From Phoronis australis (Eukaryota > Animalia > Phoronida): a stretch of DNA of 64,000 bases. The DNA is taken from positions 1,222,101-1,286,100 of the forward strand of contig NMRA01000005.1 in NCBI GenBank assembly GCA_002633005.1, in the 5' to 3' direction. A program made the translations under genes and the position numbers. The first letter of the stretch is position 1; every line of letters starts with the position of its first letter. Below, in pieces: positions 14,357 to 28,550 of the stretch. The notes below the pieces were generated by a model. The model was given only the letters and a program-made list of their open reading frames with translations, did not search any database and was not told where the DNA came from.

Positions 14357-14473
14357 AGTGATGTAAACAGCCCAGCGAAAGGCCACCATCTTGGTTTTGC
14401 ATTCAGGTCCATACTGAATGGATGTGAATGTAGAACCAAGATGGTGGCCAAGTGCTGGGCTGTTCACATCACT
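14357..14473. repeat. Palindromic MITE-like hairpin
   Basis: agtgatgtaaacagcccagc..ggccaccatcttggtt / aaccaagatggtggcc..gctgggctgttcacatcact. Confidence 0.8.
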
Positions 14474-17400
14474 AATAGTAAAGACATACCAAAAACAGTC
14501 GCTTTCCGCTTTAAGGTTGTAGGCCAGTGATACCTAACCTGTTGGCAGGTAGTAACAGTATGAAATTTCTTATGTAATATGTCAGGCAAGTGAAATTTTT
14601 TTTGAAAGATAAGGAGTACCAAATATATCCAATTGTCAGACAGACACGAGGAATTGTGGACAATGACAAAAATGTTGGGGTCATTGTGAACATGAAAGAA
14701 GATCGATTTTAGCTATTAATTTTTCCCCAAAATTGGAGAGATTTTTCTGTCGGGGGTGTGATTACACGGGTCAGGAAACTTATATAATATTGCAAGTTGG
14801 TCGCATAGAAATCGGCAGATTGGCGTATCCATTGTTCACTTTGTTTTTTCTCTTATAATAAAGATAATGGCAAACTTTTATTGGTAACAGCGTGATGTAC
14901 GCCCAAGCTACAGCGTCCGTGAGTTGGGTATTGTTATATCCAACAAAAATGCAACAAAGGAAAACAATGGAAGTGTCCCATAAGCGATAACCATGCCACA
15001 TGCTTACGCCCGTTGCATGGATGTAGCAAGTTAAATAATACCTTGCAACCTTCATATGACGTCTCATTTGGCATGAGATGCCTTATTGGGTTTGGCATTT
15101 TCTAGTAACCAAGTGTTTTGCAAAGTTACCTAATCAAAAGCGTTTGTAAAATCCATAAAATAGGTGAGATGCTTCTACAACCAAACAGATGGACATACAC
15201 TATAGAGGTAATGATAGTGGAAAATAAATCTCCCGCATGCAACTGACTGGTTGCTTATTTAACTATAGTTTAAGTATGAGTGGGATTTTAGAAATGAGTT
15301 AGGAAGCTTTTTGAATATGGTTTGGGACATTCGCTAAAATTCGGGACATCGAAATTCAAGCTTAGTTATTAGTAGTTATTCTTAAATTTGGGACGGCCAA
15401 TATTGCCTATTTCTTTAGTACAAACTCTGACCTTGAGCAAAACATGTAATTTTTCTGTGTCAGAAAACTGGAAGATTTTTACTGTAGGTTTGTGTTTGTT
15501 GGGGCTGTCGGATACCTCTTGCAAGTGTGACACAAGTGCACGTGCTCACCACATTCGTTGCTGGGTGGCTTTCAGCGAATGGAGATAAGTGTGGTACCTA
15601 TGTGGGAGTAAGCAAAACATTTGAGACAGGTTCACCTGTAGTAACTTATCTTTCAAGCCACAAATCTTAGAGATTCTTGTGATAGCTGTTATATAAGTTC
15701 ATGGATACCTGTGATAAAGGATCTTTTTGGAAAAAAACGCGGGTAAGCATATTTTTGTGTTATGCCCATTAGCCTGAGTTGAGCAATCAGTGTGTCAATG
15801 AAATTATTTTGCATCAATGAGGTGCGTGTGATCCTAAAATTATCCCTGGTGTTGTGATATGACCATGACTTGATGTATTATTCCATATAATCCTGATGTT
15901 CACCATTGCTGCATTTGCCCATAGCAAATAGGTCAGCGTCAGACATCGGGTGATTGAACAGCTAATAAAAGATAGGCGCCTCACTTAAGCTGTATTCTGG
16001 ACTTCATTCATCAGTGTTTGACTGATGGGGATTTGCCATCTCGAGACAACCGCTAACTCTTACCATTGATGCACAGTGATGCATGTGTTGAGATCACTGG
16101 TTAGAGATGCCTAAAGCACTGGGTTTAGCTATATTACTGTAATTTGGGCCGTCCATGATCACTTCAGCGACTCTGTGATCAAATCCACTAATTTGTAAAT
16201 TAATGTTGTTTTCAACACACCGTGTTTTAAATTTACGTTCATTTGCAACTGACCAAAGACTCAGCGTTTGTGCTGTTTAGAATCAGCTGCGCAAATTATG
16301 TGGATGAAAGAGTTGTTTTCAGAATTGGATTCTCTGGCCAAGACTTTGAGAAGGAAATAGCTAACAATGTCTCTTTTCTTTTGTTTTTTTCAATGCTTAC
16401 GAAAAAAGCACTGGATAACTTGGTTAGATAACTACTTCTGTCTTCGCATTGATTTTTGCCTGAGAAAACATGTCACTGTCTAGTTCAGTTAATGTTAATT
16501 AGCTAACATATTTAAGGTATATTGAGCACTGACTATTACCCTGGGACAATCCATTTCCTGCAGCGGCAAGTGTCGAGTGTTGAGATTTGCAATGGTCTCA
16601 ACAAATGGAGCCATAACATAAAAACAAGAGGACCCTTCTCACAGTGTTTGAAATGGAACTCATTTGACAAACGATTATTCCCCCAGATGGTACACGCTAT
16701 GAGGACGCATGAAAAGGCTGCATCGGCTTTGGTGATTTTATAATCTGATAAGTTTTATTTTAAAAAAAATACAGTGTCCGAGATTTGAGTAATATGACGA
16801 ATGCCACATTGACCGTGTCTCGATCTTCAGAACTGAGAAAATTCAATTTCTGATTGAATTTCTGTGTCCCGAGTTTTGGAGCATTCACAAATTTTGGAGA
16901 ATTCCCAAATTTTGGGGAATTCACAAAATTGGCAAATTTTTGCTGTACAACTGCCTTAATAATCCGTTTCGTTCTTATTTCAAATTACAATGTGACCATT
17001 TTTATCCACTGTTGTAACTCGTAACATCGTTGTGTGAGTCTCGGTACATGGGATGATATTTTGCTAGATTTTTGAAACCTGATATTCGATACTAAGGCAT
17101 GTGTCGGAGCTAAGCCTTTCATGACCCCAGGTGAAAGTTGTCTACCTTCAGGTGAACATAGACTGTTACAGAGATGAAGCCACAAGCCAGTGATTAAGCA
17201 CTGTTCTTTGATTTGCTAGCTTTTAATACATCCAACAGGATGAATGTCTCAAGCATGATCACATGACGACAAGTGTGTGAGTGGGAGGCTACTGGTTCTT
17301 TTTTCAGACAAGTCAATTTGTTGCTGGCTGGAATCCTGCCAAGACGGAGCAAGTGATACCGTGAAAAAATGCTCTCTCAATTTCTAAATGTAGTTTCAAA

Positions 17401-18456
17401 ATAGCTTTAACTGCCAGACAGGTTGATTGGTTAAATTTTGAAAATTCTCGTCTCAAGTTAAAAAAGTAGAAAGTAACAGGTTTGGTTTGTACAAGGCCAA
17501 CGCCTGATTTAAGGTTTTGTCGACAAGTGTGTACTTTTAGCAAAACATCTCCAAATATCTTCAGATAGAAATTATTTCTGCAAATGTCTATATTTTCTGA
17601 AAGTAGAAAATCCATATAGTTCAATTTTTTACTTTATACCAATTTTTCTTAAGTGGGTCATTTAATTATGTCTTTTTACTGAAATTTTTCAAATAGGTAC
17701 GTTCTTGGCAAAACATCTATACTAATTATATGGCCAAATTTCATTTGATAGAAATGTTCAAGATGAAATCACAAAAATGCTGTTACCGTTCTCTAAAATG
17801 GTTCATTTTTGTTTTATGCGATTTTTATTTTTTTTCATCAAAGTCTCAAAACCTCGCGTGCAAAATCTGAAATTTCAAAAGCAATTCCAAAGAGTATTTT
17901 GGGGAACTTTGCATAAAACATAACTGTAGCAATGTGAACTTAATATGGTCAGTCATTTTTGTGACGGGACTTTCGGAAGTTAGCCAAATTTGGACACTTT
18001 TGTAAAGGTTTGTGGTAAGTGCTTAAAAAATTTTAAGCTGAATTACTATGTCACTATTCTTGGAAAAGGAAAATTTGTCGAGAAAGTTGCTCTCTGTGAA
18101 CTTTCGAGATTCTTCAGATGGCATTTCTCATTTGAGTGACGGAGTTTGCTGACAAGATGTAACTTGTTAAGCTCCAGGCCTGTTTTTTTAGTCTTACTCA
18201 GACACAAGTTAGCACTGTGATGGCAAATGCCTGGCTCGCACACCCTAGTAAAGGTACAAAAAATTGTATTGTATTTTTCCTGTACATATCTCCCTCAACA
18301 GGAATCCAAATTTCTTTCTACATGTGAAAACTGCGAATCAAAGACTAATGAAAACTTGATCTTTGTTCAGTTAAAAGCACATGGCAAGGAAGGAGGGTTT
18401 CAGGTAATTTGTTGAGTCGAAACTATATTTTTACTCAAGAATTCAAGTTCACTTAT

Positions 18457-18742
18457 CGGCGATCGCAAGGCAGTGACGCATCAGTCAACGAGTTTTCGCA
18501 CTGGGATCTTCTGAAAAATGCTTGTAATTTAACCACAAAGTTTGATAGCAATGCACTGCAATTTTGTAGAAACTCTGTCATAGGTTACAGATGCGTCACA
18601 GAGCGTAAATTTGGTGAATTCTAGCTTGTGATTTTACCTGTTTCGGAGACCGGTTTTCAACAACTTTTGGGCTATAATAAGCGCCCCCTTTGGTGAAGCG
18701 AATTTTTCTAAGTGCCCTGGGCACTTATTAGGGCAAATACGG
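18457..18742 (+). mobile_element. Family B right-end fragment
   Basis: Aligns with about 25998-26282; ends gggcacttattagggcaaatacgg|ta. Confidence 0.75.
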
Positions 18743-18800
18743 TAACCAACTTCGACTTGGGCTATTTATTGTAATGAAATTCATTTCATCCTGTTCCTTA

Positions 18801-19080
18801 AGAGCCCTTTCAAACTAATGTTGACGCGTCGATGTTTTGGGGAGTTGCGGTCAGTATGAACGATTAACTTTGGTCCTGGATCAAAGTTACCAGCGCCAGC
18901 TAACTTCCTAGTAAGCAGGTGAATTTAACAGTGGAGTGTCAATACTGTGGTGTGGTATGAAGGGTCAACTTCGGTCCCACTGAAGTTATCTCCAGGGCTA
19001 CTGCTATCGTTAACAATTAAAGGAGAGTGTTGTCGCTAATAGTTGCTTATATTGTGCTCAAATAATCACCAATCGAATTG
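18801..19080 (-). mobile_element. Family D fragment, inverted
   Basis: Reverse complement of about 5430-5707. Confidence 0.8.
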
Positions 19081-22000
19081 GAAAAAAAAGTCTTGTGTTA
19101 GTGATTGTGACTGTCTTTAAAACCAAAGCGCAAAAAATTCCTGCGCACAAAATTTCTATTCAAGAATTAAATTCCCTGCAGAACCAGAAAAAATAAACCC
19201 AAAATCAAAATGTATGGTGCCAGAACCTATAATTTATCATGTCAGGACCAAAATTTAATTGCCAGACAGGTCCATTGCTCTACAGTATTAGTAGAAGCAG
19301 CTTGCATTCAGCAATACATCTCTTGTACTGGCATTGCCTTTCTCTTAGCTGACGTCTAATGTTACAGAGGTGAGATAATAAAAGTGGCCACGGTCTTTTG
19401 ATCCCATTTCAATAAAGTTTTATAAAGCTCGGAAAAGTGGGTCGATGCCTTTAATTGCAGTGTTCTACGTTAAATTCTAACTGACTTGAAACGTTTCATT
19501 GTTATTTATTTCCTCAAAAACCTATAAAATCTCGCCAGTTTGGGACAATGGGGTCGACAAGCGAAATTTTTGATTCATCACTTTTTTCCACAGTAGATAT
19601 TTAAAATCGTATTAAAGTGGGCTTTACATGGTAATTCCTTATCGCTGTGTTTGCTCGGTCAGATTAGTTGGAAATACAAAATATAGCGACGATGTAAATA
19701 TGATGTAGGTTGAAGAATGCCAAGTGTTTTTAAGAGCGAGTTTTGTGGCAAAAATAATCTGCCGTAAATCACTCAATCTAGTAAGTATCGCGACGTAGTG
19801 TTGGGGAACAACACTGCGTGATGCGGGCTAATGTGAGTCCCCAAGGTACATCTTTAGTACCTGTTTGCAGAATTTTTTGTTTTCACATTTACAAGTTGTC
19901 AATGAATACAACTGCGCTTCGTTTAGTGTAGACGATGTTCAAATAGCATTGTCGTTAAGTTCGTGCTCTGCATTAGCATAGTTAGGAGCATGCAAATATA
20001 TCTTAAGGGGTTCTCCATCTTCAGCTTGTGCACCACGGCTACCATCTGACAATGTTTGGAGAAATTTGGGGCATTCGGAACAGTGTGAGATGCCCTTGAA
20101 AAATCACAAAGGACAATTTTAGCAATTACGTTTGTCCGAAAGTGGTGAGATTTCACTCTGGTAGCAATTTCATTAGCGTATGACAGCTGTGCTTTTTAAT
20201 TCCATGTCTTCTAGGAAGCAACACCTAATGTTTTGACTGAGTTTGATGATAATCCGGCCTTCACAACATGTAATCTTCTGAGTGTTAGATGTGCGTATAT
20301 GTGACAGTTGAGAGATCTTGTCATTAGATCAAGCCTGATTGTGAGTCGGTGTGAGTCGGTGTTTTTGTAAAGGTGGCAACTTTATACATCCCACTTTATG
20401 TACTTGTTCCAACTCGCTCCGCTCCGTGTCAATGCGCAGGTGTCATTCATTAGATGTAAATTAGCAGTCCATTCCAAATGTCATAACATTTAAACTAGGA
20501 GGAAAACAAGTGATACTCCTCTTGACTTCCTGGATACAGGTTGTTATGGGGATGAACTAATGTGTAGAGGCACCCCGGCATAGTCATGGATGATTGGGGG
20601 GAGAGAGACCTGCGGCACGTGCAGCTCAGCAGGGTAACTTTTTCACGAAAGTGTTTCTTTTTGGGCAAAATTCCTTACAAATGGGTTCTCTTGGGGAGTT
20701 CGAAACACCACAAAATGTTCCCTTTTGGTTCTACGCAACTCTACAACGGTTTTTGAAGTTAGGTACATTTTAAAAACTTTTACTACAAATAATGTAATGG
20801 AAAGGCAGCATCTTTTTCGTTTTAAAATCTGACAAATTTAAGCATGTCATATCTATCCAAATGCTGCCTGCAGGGGGAAATCCTTTTCTAGTTTTTAAGA
20901 GGGGGGCTCTTAGAAGGAATTCCATTGATTTTGTGCACCGGAAAGGTATGCATGCATTCAAAGTACTGCATCAGTCACTATGAAAGTCATCTTGTCAATG
21001 CAAGGGGGGAGGTTGTTTCACATCAAAACATGATTAACAATGTTGTTCCTTCCGGCTATAATTAATCAGAAGTGTCTAATTACGAAAATGATGGTTGCTA
21101 ATTTACGCATGTATCAAAACATTAAATGCTAATTTGGTCTTGAGCCTGCACACATTGCATTGTTATGGCGTTTGGCATGCTTATTTTGTCAAATAACCAG
21201 TTAAGATGGGGGAAAAGAGATGGAAGAGATTTCCCACACATTAGCTGCAGGGTTTGACAGAGGGCAATGTACTAATACATAATACAGAGAATTTGGGAAT
21301 GTAACTGTGAAACTTTTTAATTAAAACAATTTTTATAGCAAATATCCACATTTTATGCCTCAAAAAGTTTACTTAATCAGCAACGTCATTTTCGTTGTTG
21401 AGCATCGCTGACCAGAATTGTCAATTTAATCTGATTTTCATTTTTAATGAGCTGCATTGTGTTTTTTTTGTTAAAACCTTCATTTGTATCACCTCACTTT
21501 CTAATGAAAGACGGCAATAGCATGGGTTAAAAATAATAACTCTTAGGTGTGTCATGCCCTTATGAAAATTTGTCCTATAGATTTTGCCGCAGCATCTGGT
21601 TTTTAAATCGGGTCAGGGATTAAAACGAAAATGTTATTGGAGCGACATGTAAGAGAATAGGATTTGACTTTATTTGTGTAAAAATTCCAGAGGTATAGTC
21701 GGTAGATCGTATTTTTGGACCTAAAGCAAATTATGGCATGTAAGATATTGGATGTGCACTGAAATACTATTTTCGGTAACTGATTAAAGGCCTTGAGGCA
21801 TTTTACCTCTGGCTGTTCTGTATTGCTTCTGATAACTGATTGAGGTTCCTATGTTTTATGTCAGTTCTTTAGGGATGGGGAGTTAGCCTAGGGGTAGATT
21901 GAAGGATAATATTGAGGTTAAACTTTTCTTAGATATATATAGGCAAATGACTGTGGTTGGTATTCTGCCTACAAATTCCGTAGATTGGATTATTGTAATG

Positions 22001-24875
22001 GTCTTCTGCACTGAATTTTCGAGGCCTGTGACAAGTTACCTGGAGGTAGCGTAATAAAGTCATTTATGTTGTCTATTTAAATAAACATGATGTCAATCCT
22101 ACACTATGGCATGCAAGTTAAATAAGTAAATTTTATTTTCTCGTTTTTCTCAGAAAAATATATAGCGTCAAATTAGTGCTTTACCGTGTTCATGTTAGCT
22201 ACCGTCGGCGAAACATTTTGAAAAATTGTGGGCATTCGCATGAATAATAGAAGATCTTGAAAAACAAAGAAAGGGTAACTTTGACAATTATTTTTGTCTG
22301 AAATTGGTAGGATTTTACCTTACACTGTTTTTTTGAGTTATTGCAAGTTGTGTATGATTGGAGTGCTTTTTGGTCCTTCACAATCTAAATATACCGCAAA
22401 CGTTCGGGTTAACACCCATGCTCAGTTAACCGCCCACCCCCTACTTTAGGTGGATTTTCGGTTTAGCCGCCCACTGCTCGGTTAACCGCCCATCTGCGAT
22501 TTTTGAAGATTTCCAGTTAAGCGCCCACCTCTCGGTTAAGCGCCCACCTCTCGGTTAAGCGCCCATCCCGACTTTTAAAGATTGAAGATTTAGCACCCAG
22601 TGCTACGCAAACGCGCGATTCCCCGACCTTTAGATAGATGATCACAACTAGAGTGCAATGATGGCCTCCGAGCTGCTGGTTTGACAATGTGAATTATAAT
22701 ACAAGTAATGTATGAATTCTTGTCTCGGGTCATAGATTTACTTCAAAATACAATACTTGAACCTTTTGTCACTTTATTTTCTTCCCATGTTCGCAAAGTT
22801 TAAGAACCTCGCCAGCTTCAATGCCTCCGCTTTTAGCGACGCGGTCTGCCGCGCTGAGTTTCTGTCTGCGGTGCGCTTTTGGTAGGAAGCTCTCGTAATT
22901 TGAAGAATTTCCATAACTCACGGAAAGATGTCAAATTCTCCCTATTTTGATGAGTGTAATTGCCAGGCTATCGAGGATGTGTAGCGACCGAACGGACAGT
23001 GTACCTTGCTTGCTGTCTATCGATTCAAAGGTTGGCAATACGTTACTATATGTTTGTGTATCATCTTGAAGAAATAAAAAACTGCAAGTCAAATTTTGTT
23101 TTTTGCTTATTGCATCTGAGACAAGTTGGCGTTAGCAGATTCCGCCAAAGTCGCTGGCGGTTCTTTATAGTACGATTTCTTGTGACAGGCGTAACTTTGA
23201 ATTATCGTATCCACCTAGCCTTTTAGCTTCCCAAATATTTTTGTTTCTACATTGGGCAGTTTCAGCCTGAACAAAATTCTTACCATTCGAGTCTGAGACA
23301 TCTACGATGTAACTGATTGAAAATTGGCGGCAGTGGTAATGACGTGCACGCAGCTAGCTACGGGCATGGAACATCGGGTCCAGGGATCATCGAGCCGGGA
23401 AATATTGGAACAGACTTGACATCGTAGTTTTGGGTCATTGGAACGGAGGAATATCGTAAAACACTGGGTGTTTGTAAGAACAGCTTAAAAGTACAGAGTC
23501 GCGCCGGTGTACTCCTTTACATAGGGCTGTCGCTGTTCTCTTTTGAAGTGCGATCTCTGAAGTGGTGCACGCGTGTAAGTTCCCACACTCTGGAGTGCAT
23601 GTTACCTTGACAGCACACATATGTGATGGACAGGTGACTCATACATATACGTGTGCTGAACGCAGTCGCTGTCTTTTGTCACATAAAACAAAACCCATAT
23701 TGAAAGAGGCTGTGAAATTACTTGACGGCATTTCCAAGTCTAATGACGGCATATTGCGCGCCAACAGTGGTACCGACCAGTTCTGCAATGCGATATTGCC
23801 GTAGGTGATATTATAATAGGATAATCTGTACATATTGCGTGTAAAATAAATGTGTTTTTCGAGTTGCTTTATGTTTGCCAGGTAGGCCTATCTATTTTAC
23901 CCCCCCCAAAAAAAACGGCTCGCGTAGGTTGGAATTTCCCGGTGGCAGGTATAAGACGTCTATAATCTTGGTATGCATTTCCAAATTTCAGGTCGCCAAT
24001 GCGACCTGCAGTTCGTTATGCTGAGCGCGGAGTCTCGGTTACATAACACTGACTCAGAAAGGATGCATTGCTGGTTGAAGCTCTTCACTAATTTAGTCGC
24101 AAAGCCGCACAAACCATGGATGCCGGCTACCCGAAGAATTGGGGCTACATCTACGAATTGTTTTTTACCGACACAGATATGTGTACGAACTGGTCATTTT
24201 ATTCCTCGGACTCTATTGTACGCACTCACTAGACTCATCCCCAGTCATAGTGTTAGTAATTTTAAAATAAAACTTTAAGCAAATGCTTGTTTTTGAGTAA
24301 TGCCTTTGTGGTATCTTTTGATTGACGACTGGCTCATGTCCACTTACCCCTCGATTCTCATCTTCTTTGCGTGGCATGTTTCACGCAATAGGAAGTGGGC
24401 AACGCCGGGCGGTTGAGATAAAACAGCTAGTCGCAGAACCATACGTTGAAAATGAGTCACTGAGTCTAATCTAATCTCATCTCCAACATAAACATCCCAA
24501 ACACAAAAAACACCTGAATTTGTTTTTCAAACTTTTATTACATCATTAATTTTAAAACTGGTCTTTGACTCGGAACTTGACAGCTAGCACCATAAATTTG
24601 ATGTCTGCTGTGACCTCTGCAACACGTGAAGCTCGCATTCGTGTACTTCTAAAGTGTCATGGCGTGAGAATAGTTGCAATCCAAGTTATTGTTACTGGTC
24701 GTCTGCGCACTACAGCTCTAATAAGATCGCAGGACGGCACAGGGCTATTACTCAACAATTTTGTAAATTTAATTGTGATTGACTAATCTGTGGGCAACAG
24801 AACATTTCTTGGGATCGTCCGCTGTTATGACACGTTTAGCGACATTTGGCAAATTGACGATAAAGCTCTTTGAAA

Positions 24876-25007
24876 AGTAATCTACGCGTTCCGAGTACAA
24901 CTGTGTCGTGTGGTAATCTGATCATGAGGCTAGATTAACCGAGTAATCTACGCGTTCCGAGTACAACTGTGTCGTGTGGTAATCTGATCATGAGGCTAGA
25001 TTAACCG
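24876..25007 (+). repeat. Perfect 66-bp tandem duplication
   Basis: agtaatctacgcgttcc...gattaaccg occurs twice. Confidence 0.9.
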
Positions 25008-25032
25008 CCCAGGGCGGTTGTCTGTCGTAATA

Positions 25033-26282
25033 CCGTATTTGCCGTAATAACCGCCCATGCCCCTATAAGCGCCCCCCCACGCGTTTTCAGACTTTGCTGA
25101 AATAAGCGCCCAGTCCATGAACGTGTACATGCGAACAATGACGTACCTACAGTCCTAAAACTCGGCTACAGGAACGTCTTCAATTTATCAAAAAAAATTT
25201 GCACGGGTCTTCTAGACCACCTGGGCACTGCTACGTTTGTATTTAGCCGTGACTATACACTTCAAAGTAACGCAGCGTTTCAAAAAAAATGCAACAGCGT
25301 TGCTACTCCCGTGACGACCGTGTCCCACTACGGTCTGACCTTTCAGTACAGACACATCGACTGTCTCATGAATAAAAATAACTCGGTGTTAAACGCACAT
25401 GACCAGGAAGCGTGCGCTACATATATGAACCTGCCATCAAAGACATTAGTCGGGAACTATCCATTCATGAAACGGGTAGCATAGCATCGATGAGAAATGA
25501 ATATTGGCACTAATTTTCGACAATTTCTAATACTATAAAACATGTTTGTTATATTTTTGAGATGGATTGTTTGATTAACCATAATTGGTTTTTTCAAGCC
25601 GAATATCCGATAAAATGACAACTGGCATTGAATGCTTGCACACCCTTACATCGAAAAATAACTGTCAGATAGTTACGTACGCATCCAGCTACACGGCGAC
25701 TAATATGGGCCTTACGGAGACAAATGTCGAACGTTTTTAGCACATGAGACCGGCAAGTGCTGAATAAAACACGATCTGGTTTAGGCCTACTGCTTGTGCA
25801 AATTTCCTTAGACACATCTAGCAAGTTAGATTGTGTGGCTCTGGCCAAAAGACGGTCTCTGCTTTGACAAATGAACTCTGGTGACACGCACGTGCTCGCT
25901 TACTCACAAACGCAGACGAACTTCAAAAGAAACACCATGTGACAACAACACGTGTGTTCATCCAGACATTTTTCTCGCCGTGTCGCCATATCGAAGACGG
26001 CGATTTCGAGGCAGTCAGTCAGCGAGTTTTCACCCTGGGATTTCAGCACAATTTTCTGTGAAATGATCGTAATTTAGCAGCAAAGTTTGATAGCAATGCA
26101 CAACAGTTTTGTTGAAAGTCTTTCATAGATTACAGATACGTCACAGAGTGTAAATTTGATGAATAGTAGCTTCCGATTTCACCCGTTTCGGAGACCGGGT
26201 TTCAACCGCCTTGGGTTATAATAAGTGCCCCCCCTGAACCGAACTTTCTAAGCTCCCTGGGCAGTTATTGCAGCGAATACGG
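25033..26282 (+). mobile_element. Family B Tc1/mariner(pogo)-like MITE, TA TSD, nested in family A
   Basis: ta|ccgtatttgccgtaataaccgccc ... gggcagttattgcagcgaatacgg|ta; removing it restores gtcgtaataagcgccc as seen at about 805-820 and 52744-52759. Confidence 0.88.
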
Positions 26283-27763
26283 TAAGCGCCCATGTTCAGT
26301 TAACCACCCACCCTGGATTTGTTGAAAGTTCATGTTTAATCGCCCATGTCTTAGTTAACCGCCCACCCCCGATTTTTTGGGTTTGCCAATTTAACTGCTC
26401 AGGGCGTTAACCTGAATGTTTACGGTAAGTTGAAGTCAGGTGTCCAGGGAAGAGATCATCCGATCTATGTTGTGTTCGGCACCATTTATGAAAATGAGTA
26501 TCATAATCAGCTTAACACGATTACTAAATGTAGCGACCTCCAGGGTGTGGTAATTGCGGTACAATTAGTCTGTGACGCAGACATTACCTGGTAGAGTGCT
26601 CGTCACCGAGTTTAAAGTGGGTGTGTTGAAAATATTAAAAAATGTAAGGTTAATGAGGAATATATACAGTTTGACATTCTTGTACTTGTATCTTAATTTG
26701 GCTTTGAATATAACCTTGGCATTCATCTGTGTAAAAACTCGGGCAGTCACCAGGTGGCGAGACCAGCTTGACTGTGAGTTGGCTCACCAAGAACTGCCGA
26801 ACATGATGGGGGAAATCGACGACATTTTGTGAGTTCGCTCAACAAATATTTCAACAAAGAGACAATTTATGAGTTAGGGAAGTGGACGAAATTATGTGCA
26901 ATTATCAATATCAGAAATGGTCGTTTGCCGTTGCTTTTGGTGCCCAATATTACTGGATAATTTCCCGCTGTTTTCGTTTGAAAATACCACACATGGTATC
27001 ATGTGGCGATAACTCCGACCAGTTGTCAGTATGATACAAATGCTAGAGTTGGCTTACTGAATGAATATCAAAAATGTTCTTCAAAAGGCGCTTGGACATG
27101 ATTTTAAATTAGTACCCTGGGCACGTCTTCAATCCTCAGAATACATTAATTTTTCTAAAAACGTCTTTGTGAAGTAGCAGCTTGCACACTGTGATACATT
27201 CCGAGCACTTCTTTTGGCTTGGTCGTTTGTGTCTAGTAGATTATCAGTAAGGGATCACTCGGATTATAGTTCTGTATTATGACTTGTTAAAGAATTTGTT
27301 GGAATGAACTAACAATTTGTTTGTTTCCTGTGACGACTGGGATTATCGTGATCAGCGCATTTCTTGTGCTTTTCCCGTCCATTATTTTCAGTGTGTAAGT
27401 CATCCATCAAATCGGTCAACAACTTGATTTTGATCTGTTGCTAAATACTGCCCAGAGTAACTATTTTAGGCCTTGTAAATCACTGGATGGTCTTCAAGTC
27501 CTGTTGTGTGATGAGCCATTTCTCTTGGAAGCTGCCATTAATCACAGGGTATTGGGTTCATGGATTAACCTTAGGTTTGGGGAGTGGGGAGATTATGAGA
27601 ACTGTATTAAGAAATCATATGTTATCATATACGGCTCTATCAGACATATCAACACTTGCAAGGTTCACTACCATCGTTCTCTCGGTTGCCAAGTAACGGG
27701 TGCTGGGTTTCGATGCTCTGAGGTACTTGATACACGGAATTCAAAAACTGATGCAATAGTTAA

Positions 27764-28390
27764 TTTTTTTAGTTTTACTAAAGTTTAACATACGTACGCA
27801 AGTCATGTTTCCAATGGTGAATTAAACATGTTGTCTTTTATGTTATATTGTATATATTATTCATGCTGTACTATCTTATGTCACTTCCTTTGTATTCTAT
27901 ATAATGAACATGGCAGTCTGTTATGTTATATGTGAATAATTAATATCTTAATTTTCATTCGCTTCATGTCAATCCACGAGGCGTTTCACAGGCTAAACGC
28001 NCCCCCCCCCGACCTATGTGGCCAGTACACATCCAACGCAATTCAGACATCAGACCACCTTCATTTTTTTAGTTTTACTAAAGTTTAACATACGTACGCA
28101 AGTCATGTTTCCAATGGTGAATTAAACATGTTGTCTTTTATGTTATATTATATATATTATTCATGCTGTACTATTTTATGTCACTTTCTTTGTATTTTAT
28201 ATAATGAACATGGCAGTCTTTTATGTTATATTGTATATATTATTCATGCTGTACTATCTTATGTCACTTCCTTTGTATTTTATATAATGAACATGGCAGT
28301 CTGTTATGTTATATGTGAATAATTAATATCTTAATTTTCATTCGCTTCATGTCAATCCACGAGGCGTTTCACAGGCTAAACGCAATTCAG
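27764..28390 (+). repeat. Near-identical direct duplication (period 300 bp) flanking an N
   Basis: 27764-28000 is repeated at 28064-28383, the second copy having an extra internal unit of about 82 bp; N at 28001. Confidence 0.85.
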
Positions 28391-28475
28391 TTGTAATGCA
28401 TGTCCGTGTTAAACACTGCATTTTAACAATTTCTAAGTGGACTTATTTGCCATTAATAAACGGTCTCTTTTCCAG

Positions 28476-28550
28476 ACTCACACATCCGAACATAGTGCAG
28501 CTGCTTGATGTATTCGAAGATAAACAGCATGTCTACCTGGTTATGGAATT
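28476..28550 (+). CDS. CAMK1: CaMKI coding exon (subdomains IV-V)
   Basis: ttttccag|A CTC ACA CAT ... GAA TT|gtaagt; LTHPNIVQLLDVFEDKQHVYLVMEL; phase matches the previous exon across a 16.4 kb intron. Confidence 0.95.

Larger units (their letters stand above)
22394..26425 (+). mobile_element. Family A full copy (TA TSD) containing a nested family B element
   Basis: ta|ccgcaaacgttcgggttaac ... gttaacctgaatgtttacgg|ta; collinear with 50511-52858. Confidence 0.85.

Noticed and set aside
27665-27730. tRNA/SINE-like B-box (gggtttcgatgc)
   Set aside because: No cloverleaf, no clear A-box and no second copy in the window.
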